DNA of 62,915 nucleotides, counting the filler, from Dugesia japonica (Eukaryota), in the NCBI GenBank assembly GCA_001938525.1. It is 6 parts of 6 records of this genome, joined end to end, with 100 filler letters (N's around TTAATTAATTAA, not from the genome) between each part and the next. Parts side by side here need not be neighbours in the genome. Positions count along the whole stretch, not along the records: positions 42,968 to 52,316 come from MQRL01641674.1; positions 52,417 to 62,915 come from MQRL01593787.1; 4 more parts are not named here. One strand, given 5' to 3'. The notes beneath the pieces were generated by a model that was given only the letters and a program-made list of their open reading frames with translations, did no database searches and was not told the DNA's origin. Positions 50,165 to 62,915 of the stretch are shown here, piece by piece (within the stretch, counting starts at the first letter, position 1; the number at the start of each line of letters is the position of its first letter). The translations under genes were made by a program, and so were the position numbers.

Positions 50165-50960
50165 AATTAAAGTTTAATTTATAATATGAATTTTTTATTA
50201 AGATTGATTCATTGAAATAATTTATAATCATTTATTGAAACTAATTCATATATTTGATTGAATAAATTAAGTATGGTGAATTGATTAATTTTCAATGTGT
50301 AATTTGACTAAAACTATGCTTTTATTGGTAAATTGAATTATGTTTTAAATAAATTTTTAAAGGTAATTTTGAAAATAAATTGCATTTCATGTATACATTT
50401 TTATGGTTAAATTGAAATTATAATGTTTATTGATTATTGATGAAACTTTGAAATATTTTTAAATAAAATTAGATTTCGCATTTATTTTGTAATTAATGTT
50501 TAATTTATAATAGAAAATTTTTATTAAGCATTGATTCATTAAAATAATTTCTAAACAATTATTGGAAATANNNNNNNNNNNNNNNNNNNNNNNNNNAGTA
50601 TGATGTATTTAATAATTTTCAAATAATTATCAGTAAAAGTATAAACAACTTAAATTTATGTAAAAACACATTAATTTTAGAAAAATCTTTCAAATAAATA
50701 GTTGAATTATGCTTTTAAATAAGAGTCGAGTATTTATGAAAATACAAACTTAACTGAAATTTAAGCATCAAAGTAATTATTAGATAAAGAATTTAATGCT
50801 AAGTAAAAACAACATGGTTAAAAATCGTCAATCTTTAACCTTAATGAAATTAGTTAATTTCAAACTTTAATTATAATAATTGAAATTTTTATTAAGCATT
50901 AGATAATTTAAAATAACTTTAAATATTTATTGAAAGTGACTAAAATAATTAATTAAATAA
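50165..50960. repeat. Diverged tandem repeat, three copies at ~330-365 bp spacing
   Basis: tttaatttataat..ttttattaag(c)att.gat.catt.aaataa at ~50172, ~50499 and ~50866. Confidence 0.6.
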
Positions 50961-51629
50961 ATAGTTTTCAAATAATTTTGAGAAAAATATCTAAAACTTT
51001 AATTTTAAGTGTAAAATACAATAATTTTAGACATTTTAAATAATAATTGAAATTTAAGCTTTTTGCACAAATAGATGCTGATTATTGGTACTACTTTATA
51101 AAATTAGAACTTTTACAATTATATAGAAGGAAAATCTTTACAATTTATGGTTTCACATTCAGTAAATACTAAAATAAATATGGATAATTTTTTATTTTCA
51201 ATTAGAATATTACAATAAATAAGAATAATTTTAAAATTATATTCAATGAATCAAATTTGTTACTCAAATCGTTATTTATTTGATTTTAATTTTACTTTGA
51301 ATAAAATTTCTTTAATGATTTAACTAATTAATTTTAAAAAAAATATTTAAATGAATAAATTAATTGATTTTAAAGGCTTATAATAGGTTTAATTGGATAA
51401 AGGATTAATGATTGAATAAATTTATGTTCCAAGTAGGTGATTAATTGATTAATAAACACATTAGAAATATATTGTTTTATAGATTTTACTATATTAAAGT
51501 GAATAAATAATCAGTTTGTTCGGGTTATTAGTTATGAAGTATATTTATACATTCATTGTGAATAATATAGTTGATTATATTGAATAAGTGATGAACAGAT
51601 TAAACCATTAACTGAATAATTAATATGTA

Positions 51630-51845
51630 AATGATGATAGTGAGTATTGTGTATGTTAACACTTGATGATAACGAGTATTGTATATGTTAAGAGCTGTTA
51701 ATAGCGAGTACTATGTATTAAGACTTGATGAATGCGAATAGTTTACTGTTTGTATATTAAGTCTTGTTGATAGCGAGTATTGTGTATGTTTAAACTTGAT
51801 GATAGTGAGAGTTGTGTACTATGACTTAAATCTTTGGATAACGAA
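51630..51845. repeat. Minisatellite, ~30-bp unit
   Basis: ttgatgata(g/a)cgagtattgtgtatgttaa repeated about six times. Confidence 0.75.
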
Positions 51846-52084
51846 TTTTATACTAAGTATGATAAATAGGTGAATAATGTACATAAGTTGGAATTAACTT
51901 ATATTTTCAAAGGATTTTATTATATTAAGGTGGAAAATATGTGAATGATTGACTGAATTATTTAGTTTTATTNATAGTTCAATCAAAGTACGATTGACTG
52001 AGTGAACAATTGGTAGATTGTATATAGTCACTTGTCAGTATTAGAATCATTATTACAGAAACGTTTATGTATATTTTAACTAAC

Positions 52085-52300
52085 TTTAGAAAAGTTTGTG
52101 GAAATTTTCAATGATGAATAAAAAGTTCTAGTAAGTTTTGGAATTATTTTCCTGCACTTTTACATAAGATTTTGTGATTTTAGAAACGTTCCTGTAAATT
52201 TTCAACAATGTTTTAAAAGTTTGAATAATTTTTCAACGATTAGAAAAAAGTTCTAGTAAATTTTCAATCATGTTTTAAAAGTTCATGTAAATTTCATATA
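52085..52300. repeat. Minisatellite, ~30-33-bp unit
   Basis: aaaagttctagtaaattttcaa-type unit repeated. Confidence 0.6.
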
Positions 52301-52316
52301 AAATTTTTTGACTTCA

Positions 52317-52416
52317 NNNNNNNNNNNNNNNNNNNNNNNNNNNNNNNNNNNNNNNNNNNNTTAATTAATTAANNNNNNNNNNNNNNNNNNNNNNNNNNNN
52401 NNNNNNNNNNNNNNNN
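52317..52416. other. Artificial contig spacer
   Basis: 44 N + TTAATTAATTAA + 44 N. Confidence 0.97.
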
Positions 52417-53019
52417 TAATTATAAAGGAGACTAATAACACTGGAATCAATGGGCAATGAATTTAGGGAGAAACAGATTCGATCTGAGCCAAATCAACGA
52501 ACATAAAGTATCGAGAAATAGAATCAACCAGAGTAAAGTTGATTAACAGAAAATGATTAGAGAAACCACGGTTTTCTGGGGAGACGCAGTATGCTTGGAA
52601 AATTTGACAAGGAATGTTTCGCCCATTTATTAACACGAGAGCTCGATGAGGTTTCATTCTTCTCGCATTTCGCTTTAAGCTGNNNNNNNNNNNNNNNNNN
52701 NNNNNNNNNNNNNNNNNNNNNNNNNNGTTTTTAATTATTTTTTGTAATGATTCGTAGTTGTACATGAAAAGCAATACATTTCGAATTTGCCTCATACATG
52801 AATTTTATATACTTTTATTATTTTATAAATTATTTTAATATTATAAATTATAATAAATTTTGTTATCAATTATGATAAATTTTATTAAAGATTTTGTTAT
52901 AAATTATTTTATTAAAAATTATGAATGAAAGAAAAGATGGTATGATAANNNNNNNNNNNNNNNNNNNNNNNNNNNNNNNNNNNNNNNNNNNNNNNNNNNN
53001 NNNNNNNNNNNNNNNNGGT

Positions 53020-53520
53020 TGCACAACTCTGCTTCTATTTGGATAAACACTGCGTGATGAACTGACAATAACTGGAGACAATGGTTTCTTTTAGTGTGTT
53101 TGGAATAATGTCTTAAAGTGGACGAGTAAAATACTAAGAATTTTTTATGAGAACTCCGTTAAAGTGTGGATAAACACTGCGTGATGAACTGACAATAACT
53201 GGAGACAATGGTTTCTTTTAGTGTGTTTGGAATAATGTCTTAAAGTGGACGAGTAAAATACTAGGAATTTTTTATGAGAACTCCGTTAAAGTGTGGACGA
53301 GAAAAGATGACTGGAATTAACAGACATCTTCCCTGGTCAATATTTCAGGAGTGGTGGAACCAGAAATGATAGGCCACAGGCCGAAGAAGCCTAATTCAAG
53401 TTTGGATGAATTAGTTGATTTTATTACTAACAAATGGAATGAATGAGTGGATAAAGCTTAACATCAATAGAGTAAGACGCGATACCACAAAGTCGCGCTG
53501 GACCCAGGAATGAAAGGGGC
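53020..53520 (+). mobile_element. Probable non-LTR (RTE-like) 3' fragment with a 128-bp tandem duplication
   Basis: 53040-53167 repeated at 53168-53295; weak TLLxG, GVVE..GHRP and WIKL..NR similarity to RTE C-termini. Confidence 0.4.
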
Positions 53521-53819
53521 NNNNNNNNNNNNNNNNNNNNNNNNNNNNNNNNNNNNNNNNNNNNNNNNNNAGGTATGCCCCTAGACAAATGTAATAATAT
53601 TGGAATGCAAAATAAAAGCGGTAGTAATGATGCAGTAAATCAATCAAAGCCTAAAGTCCCAACATATATCTTATTCAACATGTGTTGTAGTAGAAAAAAA
53701 ATTATGTCTAAAAATATTAATTATTGATGGGTTTTTATTAGTTTGATAATTAATTTACTTTGATCTGACTCCAAGATAGGGTTCGAGAATAAATAAGACC
53801 CAACAATATATATATATAT

Positions 53820-54345
53820 AATGAATAATGAATACACAAATACGATGGTGAGATAATTGTCTAGACTGAGTTAAGTCAATGGGCTTGATTTGATGAGTAA
53901 TGATTAAAACGAACTCTTGCTTCTATTATTTCGACAATTCCAATATGATTCCTTTGATTTCCTTTACTTTATTTCTTTATTTCTAAAATATCCTTTATTC
54001 TTTTCGCAGACCTTTGACTTCCTTTAATTTTTTAAATTCTACTAAGTTCTCAAGTTTTTCAAGTTTTTACGTTCTTTTGTTTTTAACGTTCTTTTAGTTC
54101 TTTACTTTTGTTTTTGTTCTACTTTTTACTTTCATCTATTTGCTTATATAATATCATTCAGGCGCCATGAATTTGATTTTGCTTTCCTTCTCAAGTTTTG
54201 ACAAATTTCAATTATCTTCTTTTCGCGTCTTCTGTAGCATAATTCTGATGTTTATTTCAACCTCCCACATTTTTATCTTGTTCTAATTTCAGTTGTCACT
54301 TTCTAATTAAACTTTTGAATTTATGTCACTCCCCATCTCTCTTTT
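53820..54345 (-). mobile_element. Probable LTR with polypurine tract
   Basis: Minus strand aaaaagagagatggggag|TGACA at 54328; TATATAA and AATAAA downstream; 3' boundary uncertain. Confidence 0.5.
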
Positions 54346-54606
54346 TATTATATTCTTTTTTTCTTTCATCTTTCCGCTTATTAATAATGTAATATTTTAA
54401 TTAATTAATTAATATTTTATTTATTTAGATTTTGCTCAATTTTAATGCTCAAGACAGTGCTCAAACATACACATGCATACACATACTTAAATTTACATAT
54501 TTACATTATTTATCACAAATAATTATCATTATTCTTTCATTTTACAGTTTTCAATTAATTTCATATTTTATTGGAATGTAAATTTACTTAGCCTTAACAT
54601 TATGAT

Positions 54607-57600
54607 TTGCAAAATGAATTAACAATTGAAGATTTACCTAACATGGTGACAGCGGTAAATATCAATTCTATTCCAGAGAGGTTATTACAAAAGATGTTGT
54701 GCAGAGGAGATGATATTAAGAAATTCATCAAGCGGTGCGAATTGTATTTTGAAGATAAAAACATCACCCAGATAATGCAATATGAGAGACTAGTCTCTTG
54801 TTTGCTAGATGAAGATTTGTTGGAAGAATATGCAAAGACTTTGAAATAAGTTGACGATTTTCAGGCTCGCTTACGTATGGCATTTGGGAAAGAGAAAGAT
54901 GTTATCAAAGACATTCAAAATTTGATTAACTACAGGCGTGGAAATGAAGAAATTCAAGTTTATTTTAAAAATGTAAAAGATTTAGTAAAAAGATTATTTA
55001 CAAATATAGATTTTACTAAAGGAAAAATGGTAGTCAAGATGCTAGTATATTGTTCAAATAACAAAAAAGTTGAAGAATAAGTGACTTTGCGGAAACTAGA
55101 TAATATAGAAGAAATTGAAGAAACAATGACATTAGTAGATCGAGTAAATGAAAACATAGATTGAGTTAATGCAGTTAGAAGTTACGCGAGAGTTACAAAT
55201 CGAAATTATCAGAAACATGTAAATCATACAGTGAATAGACATGTGGAGAAAAGAAAAGAAAAACAAAATATCGAATTTTGGTTATGTCATAAGATCGGCC
55301 ATACTAAAGCAAATTGTCCGACAAAAGGTGGTAGAGTGCAGGAGTGGTCAGATAACAGGACATATAAATTGAGATTGTCCAAATAAAAAACCAGCAAAAT
55401 GTTTGGGTTGTGGAAACGTTGGCCATATTAGAAGGTTATGTCAAGAAGTGAGGTGTCAACGATGTGGTAATGGTGGACATAGGACACACAAATTTGAAAA
55501 TGAAAAGAACAGGTGAGTAATGTATGACTTTAGAAAAATCAGGAAACCGATATATTAGAGTACATGCAATTGAAGATGAAGATGCCAGTACAAATGATGG
55601 ATATAAGAAATTATATGAAAGTGATTCTGAAAGGGAATACCCAGAATAATTCTTTTAGTAATTATCCTCAAGAGGTCGAAAAGTGGGATGATATCCCAAA
55701 GGTTACAGAAAAAGTATACAGGTTCTGAAAGAGAGAAAATTTTGCGGAGGATAGAAAAGTAGAATGGGTTGGAACAATTGAAGCAGAACAGAAAACAAAT
55801 ATTTCATATCATAAATTGCAAGGCAGACCAGGTGTTACGGTATCAATTCAAGGAAATAAACTCGAATGCCTATTAGATACAGGGGCTTGAATTAACGTGA
55901 TGAGTTTGAGTTGTTTTAATAAATTACGAGAAGTTCATTTAGTAATGAGTGATGAAAGATTGCGTCGTACAAACGATAGTACACTTGAAAATGTTATGAA
56001 AGTTAGAAATGAAGTGATAAGTGATGAAGTTTGCAAAGAGATTACTTTCTTAGTTGCAGAAAGACTAACACCAGATCCGATAAGAAGAATAGATATGCAG
56101 AAGACTTTTAGATATCAGCTGTGCAAAAGATTCATAGCAAAGCGGATGAAAAAGTTGAAAATTACATTTGCAATATTGAAGCGAGATTTGAGAGACAAAT
56201 TAAAAAAGGAGAGCGATTGACAAGAGCCTTAAATATTTTGAAGATTAAAGAAGATCAATGTTTATTGAAAATAATTGAAAGTAAAGAAGATGCTTTTATG
56301 GCAGATAAATGGGATGTAGGACCCAAACATCTGATAAGACACAAAATAATCACAAGTGGTGAACCAATCAATGTAAAAAAGTATAGACAACCAATGAACT
56401 TAGAATTGAAAATTGAAGAAGCTATCCAAAATCCTTTCGAGAATAATATTATCCGGAAATGAAACTCTCTATGAAATACCCCACTAATTTGTGTTTTGAA
56501 AAAAGAAAAGACGGACATAAGAATATGTTTGGATTTAAGACAATTGAATGCCGTAACAAAAAGACAAGCCTTTCCGATGCCTAATGTCGATGAAATGCTG
56601 GAAAAATTAGATATAGCCAAATATTTCAGTTCAATGGATTTACGAAATGCACACTATCAGGTAGATCTCGAAGAAGAATCTCAAGAAAAAACGGCGTTTT
56701 CAACGAAACATGGACACTATTGTTTTAATAGAATGCAATTTGGCATCGCAGCGGCACCAGGGACATTTCAAGAGATGATGACAAAAGTAATTTGCAAAAT
56801 CAATGGAGCCATGGTTTATCTTGATGACATTCTGATATTTGTGAACAATAAAGATCAACACTCTATAGTAATTGACAGAGTATTGATGGAAATAATGAAG
56901 GCTAGTCTAAGAATTAATAAAGAAAAGTGTAAGTTTCTTCAAAACGAAATCGAATATCCTGGACACATAATTTCCAGGGATGGTGTTAGAACTGATCCGT
57001 CTGAAACTGAGGAAATAAGAACATTTGGCAAACCTAATTGTGTTAAAGAAGTTACGAAGTTTTTTGGGAATTTGTATATATTATAGGAAGTTTATAGAAA
57101 ACTACTCAAGAAATTCAAGGATATTAGAGCAGTTGTATAGCGGACTAAGCAACAAGACATTAGAATAGAAAGATGAAATAAACGATACTTTTGAGAGTCT
57201 AAAAAACGCTAATGACGGCGCCTATATTGTGTTTTCCAGGTATAAACAAAGCATTTATATTTTTGTGCCAGTTTAGATACAATTAGACCAGTATTGTCAC
57301 AAAGAAATAAAGTAGAAAGAGAAAGAGTGGTTGCTTATAGTCAAACTCAATGACGAGTCATGATAAGGGATACTGCATTACACGAAAGAAATTATTGGTT
57401 GCTTATTATTTCTGCATGCATTTCAAACATTACTTGTACGGTAGAAGATTTACTCTTAGAACAGATCACAAAGCTCTAACTTTCATGATGACGACAAAGA
57501 AACCAATTACGTCGCAATTCCATAAATGGATTAGTTATCTGAGTAGTTTAGACATGGTTTTGGAATATATAAAAGGAATTCAACATGCTAATGCAGATAT

Positions 57601-57645
57601 GTTATCTAGACCGAGATGTGAGTTATTTGTACAGTTGAATATTTA
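54607..57645 (+). mobile_element. Decayed Ty3/Gypsy gag-PR-RT-RNase H
   Basis: Gag similar to ORF 38848, knuckles, CLLDTGA, CLDLRQLN, YLDDILIF, RTDHKAL, HANADMLSR. Confidence 0.93.
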
Positions 57646-57719
57646 AAAAAACTGAATATTTGTTTAAATATTGTTTTTTAAGATTCAGTTATATTTTGAA
57701 CTTATTAAATAAACTTGTT

Positions 57720-58520
57720 ATGGAAATTAAGACTTTTGATTTAACCGGCGATCCAGCTTAGCTGAACCAAATTACTTGAAACCAGAAATCCAAAGAAAAA
57801 GAATCTACGAAGCTTTGCCTAAAGAGTCTAGGGAATTATTTACCCCTAAAATTACGAAATTCTCTAGGAATTATAACGAAGACATATCAAAATGGTTAAA
57901 CGAAATTTCCGTTTTTACCGAATCAAATAGTTTTTTATTTATTATCAACCTTTGATTTTTAATAGATGGTGATGCATCAGACCTGTAGCAAGGATTTCAA
58001 AGCCGTCTGAATGTTAACGATAAAATGGCTAGCGAATGGTTTAAAGGAAAATTTATAAAATAAAAGTCATTTCTCCGAATTATTGAAGAATGTAGTGAAA
58101 TTCGACAAAAAGAAAATGAACGTTTCGAAAACTTTGAATTAAGAGCTTTAAGATCAGTCAAAGAAATATTTGAATCAGGATTGACTAAGGAGGAAATTGC
58201 TCAACAAATAATCAAGGAAAGAGTTTGGTCCAAAAAGCTAAGAAAATAATCTGCTCTTAAACCAGAAATTAAACAGGATAAAATGAGAAAGTTGGCTGAA
58301 AACTTTGAGAAGAACGATGAAAACTTTGGTGGGTCACAGATAATAAGTTGTTTTATTCAGAAGTGACAGCTGGAAGTTACAATTCAAGAATTAATAAAAC
58401 GGATTTAAAAACCAAGAAATAATGAAATTGAAAAGGCAATTAAAATTGCTGAAGAGTTTAATGATTCCAAAAACAGTAGAGAAGATCAATTTAGAAATAT
58501 GCCAACAGTTTCCATGAAGT
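57720..58520 (+). mobile_element. Decayed retrotransposon gag (different family)
   Basis: ITKFSRNYNEDISKWLNEI ... IRQKENERFENFELR (MHR-like QxxxExxxxF) with several stops. Confidence 0.6.
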
Positions 58521-59189
58521 TTATTTATGAAGTTTTTTTAAAGGATAAATATAAAAATTGCGTATAAATGGATGGAACCAACCATCATAGTCGAGCACCA
58601 GCAAATTGGTGCAGTGATGCACAGAGAATTTTAGAGTTTATCGATCGAGGTCAAAGGCAACAGACCACAGAACGTAAGGCTCGTACAATATAACAAGGAC
58701 ATAGGAGGTGTATATCAAGACGAGGATTGGCAACTTATTCGCAAATGGAAGACGAAATTGTTTAGAGTATATCGGGTTTTCAGTATATATTATTGCAACA
58801 AATTTCAGATCATGTATATAACGCGAGATTGGAAAAATCCGGTATGGTCAACTAACCAGGATGATTTTCCAAGACGACAAGCTTTATACGTAATACAGTT
58901 GTGAAAAATCGGATTGAATAAGATAATTGGAGTATGTTGGGAATGACAAGCTCAGCAAATCAAAGGGCGAATAGAAACATTACAATTCGGGAGATGGAGT
59001 GAAATTACTATGCAAATAAATGCCTTGAAAACTGAGAACGCGGCGGACACGTGTACAATTATATTGTTATTATAGAGTAACTATGAGGTTTTATGTGTTC
59101 TTATTATGCTTTTATAGGCTTTCATATGGTAATTTTATGTTTTATAAGGCAATAATAAGGTTTTATAGAGTAAGTGTTTTCGAATTGCA

Positions 59190-61090
59190 TAGATTTCATG
59201 TAATTATTTCAAAGGATTTACCAAAGATCCTGTAATTATTTCAAAACAGTTACCAAAGATGGGATAATTATTTCAAAAAAGTTATTAGAGGTACCTAATT
59301 GTTTCTAAAAAGTTACCAGTGATCTGGTAATTATTTCTAAATATTTACTTTATGTCCCTAAACAGTTACTAGAGTTATGAAAAACCAATACATTCATAAA
59401 AATCATATAAACTATATTCAAAAACTACATAGAAATAACCAAACATTTTCAAAAATTACATAGAAGTATACAAATAAATTTTGAAAACTGCATAGAAGTC
59501 CCAAAATATTTTAAAAATTACATATAGGTCAGTGAAAGTTTTTAAAAAAATATATAAATAATACATGGAAGTCTGAAAATATAACAAATACGTGTGCGTA
59601 TCTTTTTATTAAATATGCTATGTGCAACATAAATGCAACATAAATGCAACAAAAATACAATTTTAAATTTTTCTATAATCATTTGTAAATAAATTTTATC
59701 TATTTACAATTTGTGAGTAGTTAATTTATTCATTTTTTTCATGTTTAAAGTTTAAATGTTGAATATCTCGCTACATATTCGTCAAACTACTTTTTAAAAA
59801 CGATAGATGTATTTGTCATTTCATTACCAATCTATTGATATTAAATTTGATATATTTTCATTAGGAAATGGTACCAAAAATTCATTTATAAAATACTTTT
59901 TAAAAGTCCTTTGTTCTTTCTTATATGATTTTCTCGTAAAGTATGCCTTTTCTCTAACTTATCTTTAAAACAATGTATATGTAGATTTTAATTTTCTATC
60001 TGATAGTATCAAATTCAAGTCTAGATGCGTGCTCTTTTTAAACATTAAAATTTTTAATCTTTCATAATTCAATACATGTACGTCAGATTGAAATTTTGAG
60101 ATAGCAGTTATGTTCATCAAGCTTTTACGAGTCCAACAGTACCAAGTTTGTCATCATAGCATGTACTTGATTTAATGTTGATTGCAAAAGTGTTGGTTTT
60201 AGGAGTAGTAGTGCTGAAATGTCTCACTACTATATTATTCTTCCTTTTTCGATATGAAGGAAGCAATTTTCACTATAAGTCCTTTAAGCAATGTATAGAT
60301 GGTTTAAAATTCTCATCAGATGATGGTGGTTTCAACTCAAAAAATTTATAATTTATAATTTTTNNNNNNNNNNNNNNNNNNNNNNNNNNNNNNNNNNNNN
60401 NNNNNNNNNNNNNGTAAATAAATTTTATCTATTTACAATTTGTGAGTAGTTAATTTATTCATTTTTTTCATGTTTAAAGTTTAAATGCTGAATATCTCGC
60501 TACATATTCGTCAAACTACTTTTTAAAAACAATAGATGTATTTGTCATTTCATTACCAATCTATTGATATTAAATTTGATATATTTTCATTAGGAAATGG
60601 TACCAAAAATTCATTTATAAAATACTTTTTAAAAGTCCTTTGTTCTTTCTTATATGATTTTCTCGTAAAGTGTGCCTTTTCTCTTACTTTTCTTTAAAAC
60701 AATGTATATGTAGATTTTAAATTTCTATCTGATAGTATCAAATTCAAGTCTAGATGCGTGCTCTTTTTAAACATTAAAAATTTAAATCTTTAATAATTCA
60801 ATACATGTACGTCAGATTGAAATTTAGAGATAGCAGTTATGTTCATCAAGCTTTTACGAGTCCAACAGTTTCAAGTTTGTCATCATAGCATGTACTTGAT
60901 TTAATGTTGATTGTAAAAGTGTTGGTTTTAGGAGTAGTAGTGATGACATGTCTCACTACTATATTGTTCTTCCTTTTTCGATATGAAGGAAGCAATTTTC
61001 ACTATAAGTCCTTTAAGTAATGTATAGATGGTTTAAAATTCTCATCAGATGATGGTGGTTTCAACTCAAAAAATTTATAATTTATAATTT
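59190..61090. repeat. ~32-bp periodic arrays plus the repeat family shared with 44150-45243; 59685-60363 duplicated at 60413-61090 across a gap
   Basis: Near-identity across gap 60364-60412; collinear similarity to 44520-45230. Confidence 0.8.
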
Positions 61091-61963
61091 TTTTATAATT
61101 TATAAATTCTTATATATTATTTGGAATTTTCTATCATTTTGTATCAAAACATTAATGGGTGTTATTCAAAAACTTTGATAGAGATAGATTTTTAAAAGTT
61201 TTAAAAAGTTTAAATCTTTAATATATATTTACCTTTACATTCAAGTAAAATGAAAACACCACCTGTGTGTTCATCATCTTATTACGCATCTAACAATATC
61301 ACGTTTGACTAGAAAATGTTATTTAAAATGGGCATTGACCTATAAAATCAATGTGTACTTTTAGCAGCCATTTTGAATGAGAAGGATTCATTTTCATAAA
61401 TTTTGTAAATATCTTACTTACTATCTTACTATCTTACTTTTTAATTTTCTATCTAAATGTGAAATCCAAATTNCTAAAACCCTTTATTAGATAAGGGGTG
61501 TGGGGGGTTGGTACTTAATGGTAATCATTTTCGATGAAACAATGTATAGGTAATTTTTATGCTTATTCAATCGTGCTAATATGTTTTTGTATAAATTATT
61601 ATTTAATTATATATTAACTATTATCATTATATTGGTGACATGCTCCACACCCCACATCTTGAGAACAAAGAATTTTACGACCAAGGTACTTTAAGTAATG
61701 TATAGGTAGTATTTAATTTAATGCCGAATAATACCAAGTTTAACTAGATCCGATCAAAATTGCGGGCGGGGCAAGGTTTCATTCTTTGATGGTTAATAGC
61801 TTTTTACAGTTACCCTTGATTGAACTGAAGATTGCACCAGGAAAGCGTAGGGTCATTACGCATCCAACGATACCATGGCGATAGCTGTATGTTAAAGTAT
61901 CGCGCAAAAGAGTTAATAAAAAAATTTAAATTAGCGCACATACATTTCTATATACAAATTACA

Positions 61964-62094
61964 ACCAATCACAATCGAGTATACGTAGCCACTTGAAAAT
62001 TTCGACCAATCAAATCGCAGGATACGTAGCCACTTTAAAAAATTTTCTCCCTTGATGGGGGGGGGTTGGCTACTTGCACTACTATCTACCTACT
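61964..62094. repeat. Two 41-bp-period direct repeats with CCAAT boxes, a G9 run and a CTAC-rich end
   Basis: accaatca.aatcg...atacgtagccactt at 61964 and 62005; ends ctactatctacctact. Confidence 0.6.
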
Positions 62095-62915
62095 ATTATG
62101 ATTTCATTTGAAAACTTAAAATTTCAAAACCTTTCACCATTTTTTAAGTTACTTTTTATAATACTAATTTCTTCACAGTTTTTTTGCTATTTATTACCAT
62201 TTTTTTAATCTCAATTTATAAGACTTTTGTTTTCACTATCGTTATTTCGACTTCTTGTGATTTATTTGACATTGAATACATGTTTCTCAATTATTTCTTA
62301 AAATTGCGTCAGCATTTAAATGATATTCTCCTTTTCTGTATTCCATAACCATATCCAAACTACTTAAATAATTGATCCAAATCTGGAATTGCGAAGTAAT
62401 CGATTTTTTGTATTAATCATTGTGATCAGTTTGAAGTTTATATTTTTCCTGTATAAATAGAAATTATTATGTTTGTTGGGGTGAAACACCGAAGTAAGGC
62501 AAATAGAATGGCGTAAGTAAGCACGAAATTCGAAAAATCTACATAAGAAAGGAAAATGAAGAAATCGGACCCAAGAAGGGCATAATCTAGTTGAAGAGAA
62601 GAATGACGAAAGCCAAAATGGGACTAGAAGGCTAAAACTCGTGCAAAGGATGGAAGAACTAGAACTACAACAGGAGATAACGAGGAAATAAAAAAGCCAA
62701 CAAAAGTAATAGAAGCTGTGACAGGACGACAAAAAACAAATGATTAACCATCAATTCATTAGGCAAAATCAAGAAAATCACACCGAATCATACTAGAAGA
62801 TAGAAAAAATTAATTAAATTAATTAATTAATAGAAGAAAATTAATGAAACTAAATTAAATAAATCAGAAAGAACAAAGAAATGAGCACTTAATTAAGATG
62901 AACAACGAAAATAAA

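Noticed and set aside
51630-51845. CRISPR-like array
   Set aside because: Eukaryotic context, degenerate head-to-tail units without unique spacers, no cas genes
53683-53805. Solo LTR with TGTTG...CAACA ends
   Set aside because: No TSD and no second copy in the window
58530-59030. Non-LTR retrotransposon 3' fragment (also a weak endonuclease-like stretch at 48250-48420)
   Set aside because: Composition looks formerly coding, but no motif is strong enough to name a family
59685-61090. Real 680-bp tandem duplication
   Set aside because: Same gap-flanking pattern; probable heterozygous overlap artefact
61820-61860. CTGAAGA...GAAA hammerhead-like core
   Set aside because: No convincing stem I or stem III pairing
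62364-62732. 122-aa minus-strand ORF
   Set aside because: Phe/Ser bias is the mirror of a purine-rich plus strand, probably LTR or repeat interior; no domain recognised

Overview
Very AT-rich eukaryotic (animal) genomic DNA. The 41-48 nt introns, abundant (ATT)n and TE content suggest a planarian-like flatworm, but that is an inference. The window is not one locus: five identical artificial 100-bp spacers (44 N + TTAATTAATTAA + 44 N) join six contigs of roughly 9-14 kb. Host genes: six 3' exons of an AGAP/centaurin-gamma gene (split PH, ArfGAP, ankyrin), the last exon of a convergent RGK-like small GTPase, and the last exon of TRAPPC12. Most of the rest is decayed mobile DNA: several Ty3/Gypsy elements (one complete with 119-bp LTRs, PBS, PPT and a CATAT TSD), a Penelope-like element with a degenerate hammerhead ribozyme, mariner fragments, a deleted piggyBac with intact TIRs and TTAA, hAT/Buster elements and MITEs. 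The most interesting region is contig 3 (22728-32064). It holds three fragments of a Polinton/Maverick (adintovirus-like) protein-primed polymerase N-terminus, two of them preceded by a triple zinc-finger module. It also has a compact virus-like gene run and a GC-rich terminus-like island with tandem RFX X-boxes and a nuclear-receptor DR0. All family calls come from motif recognition by eye; no database search was run.
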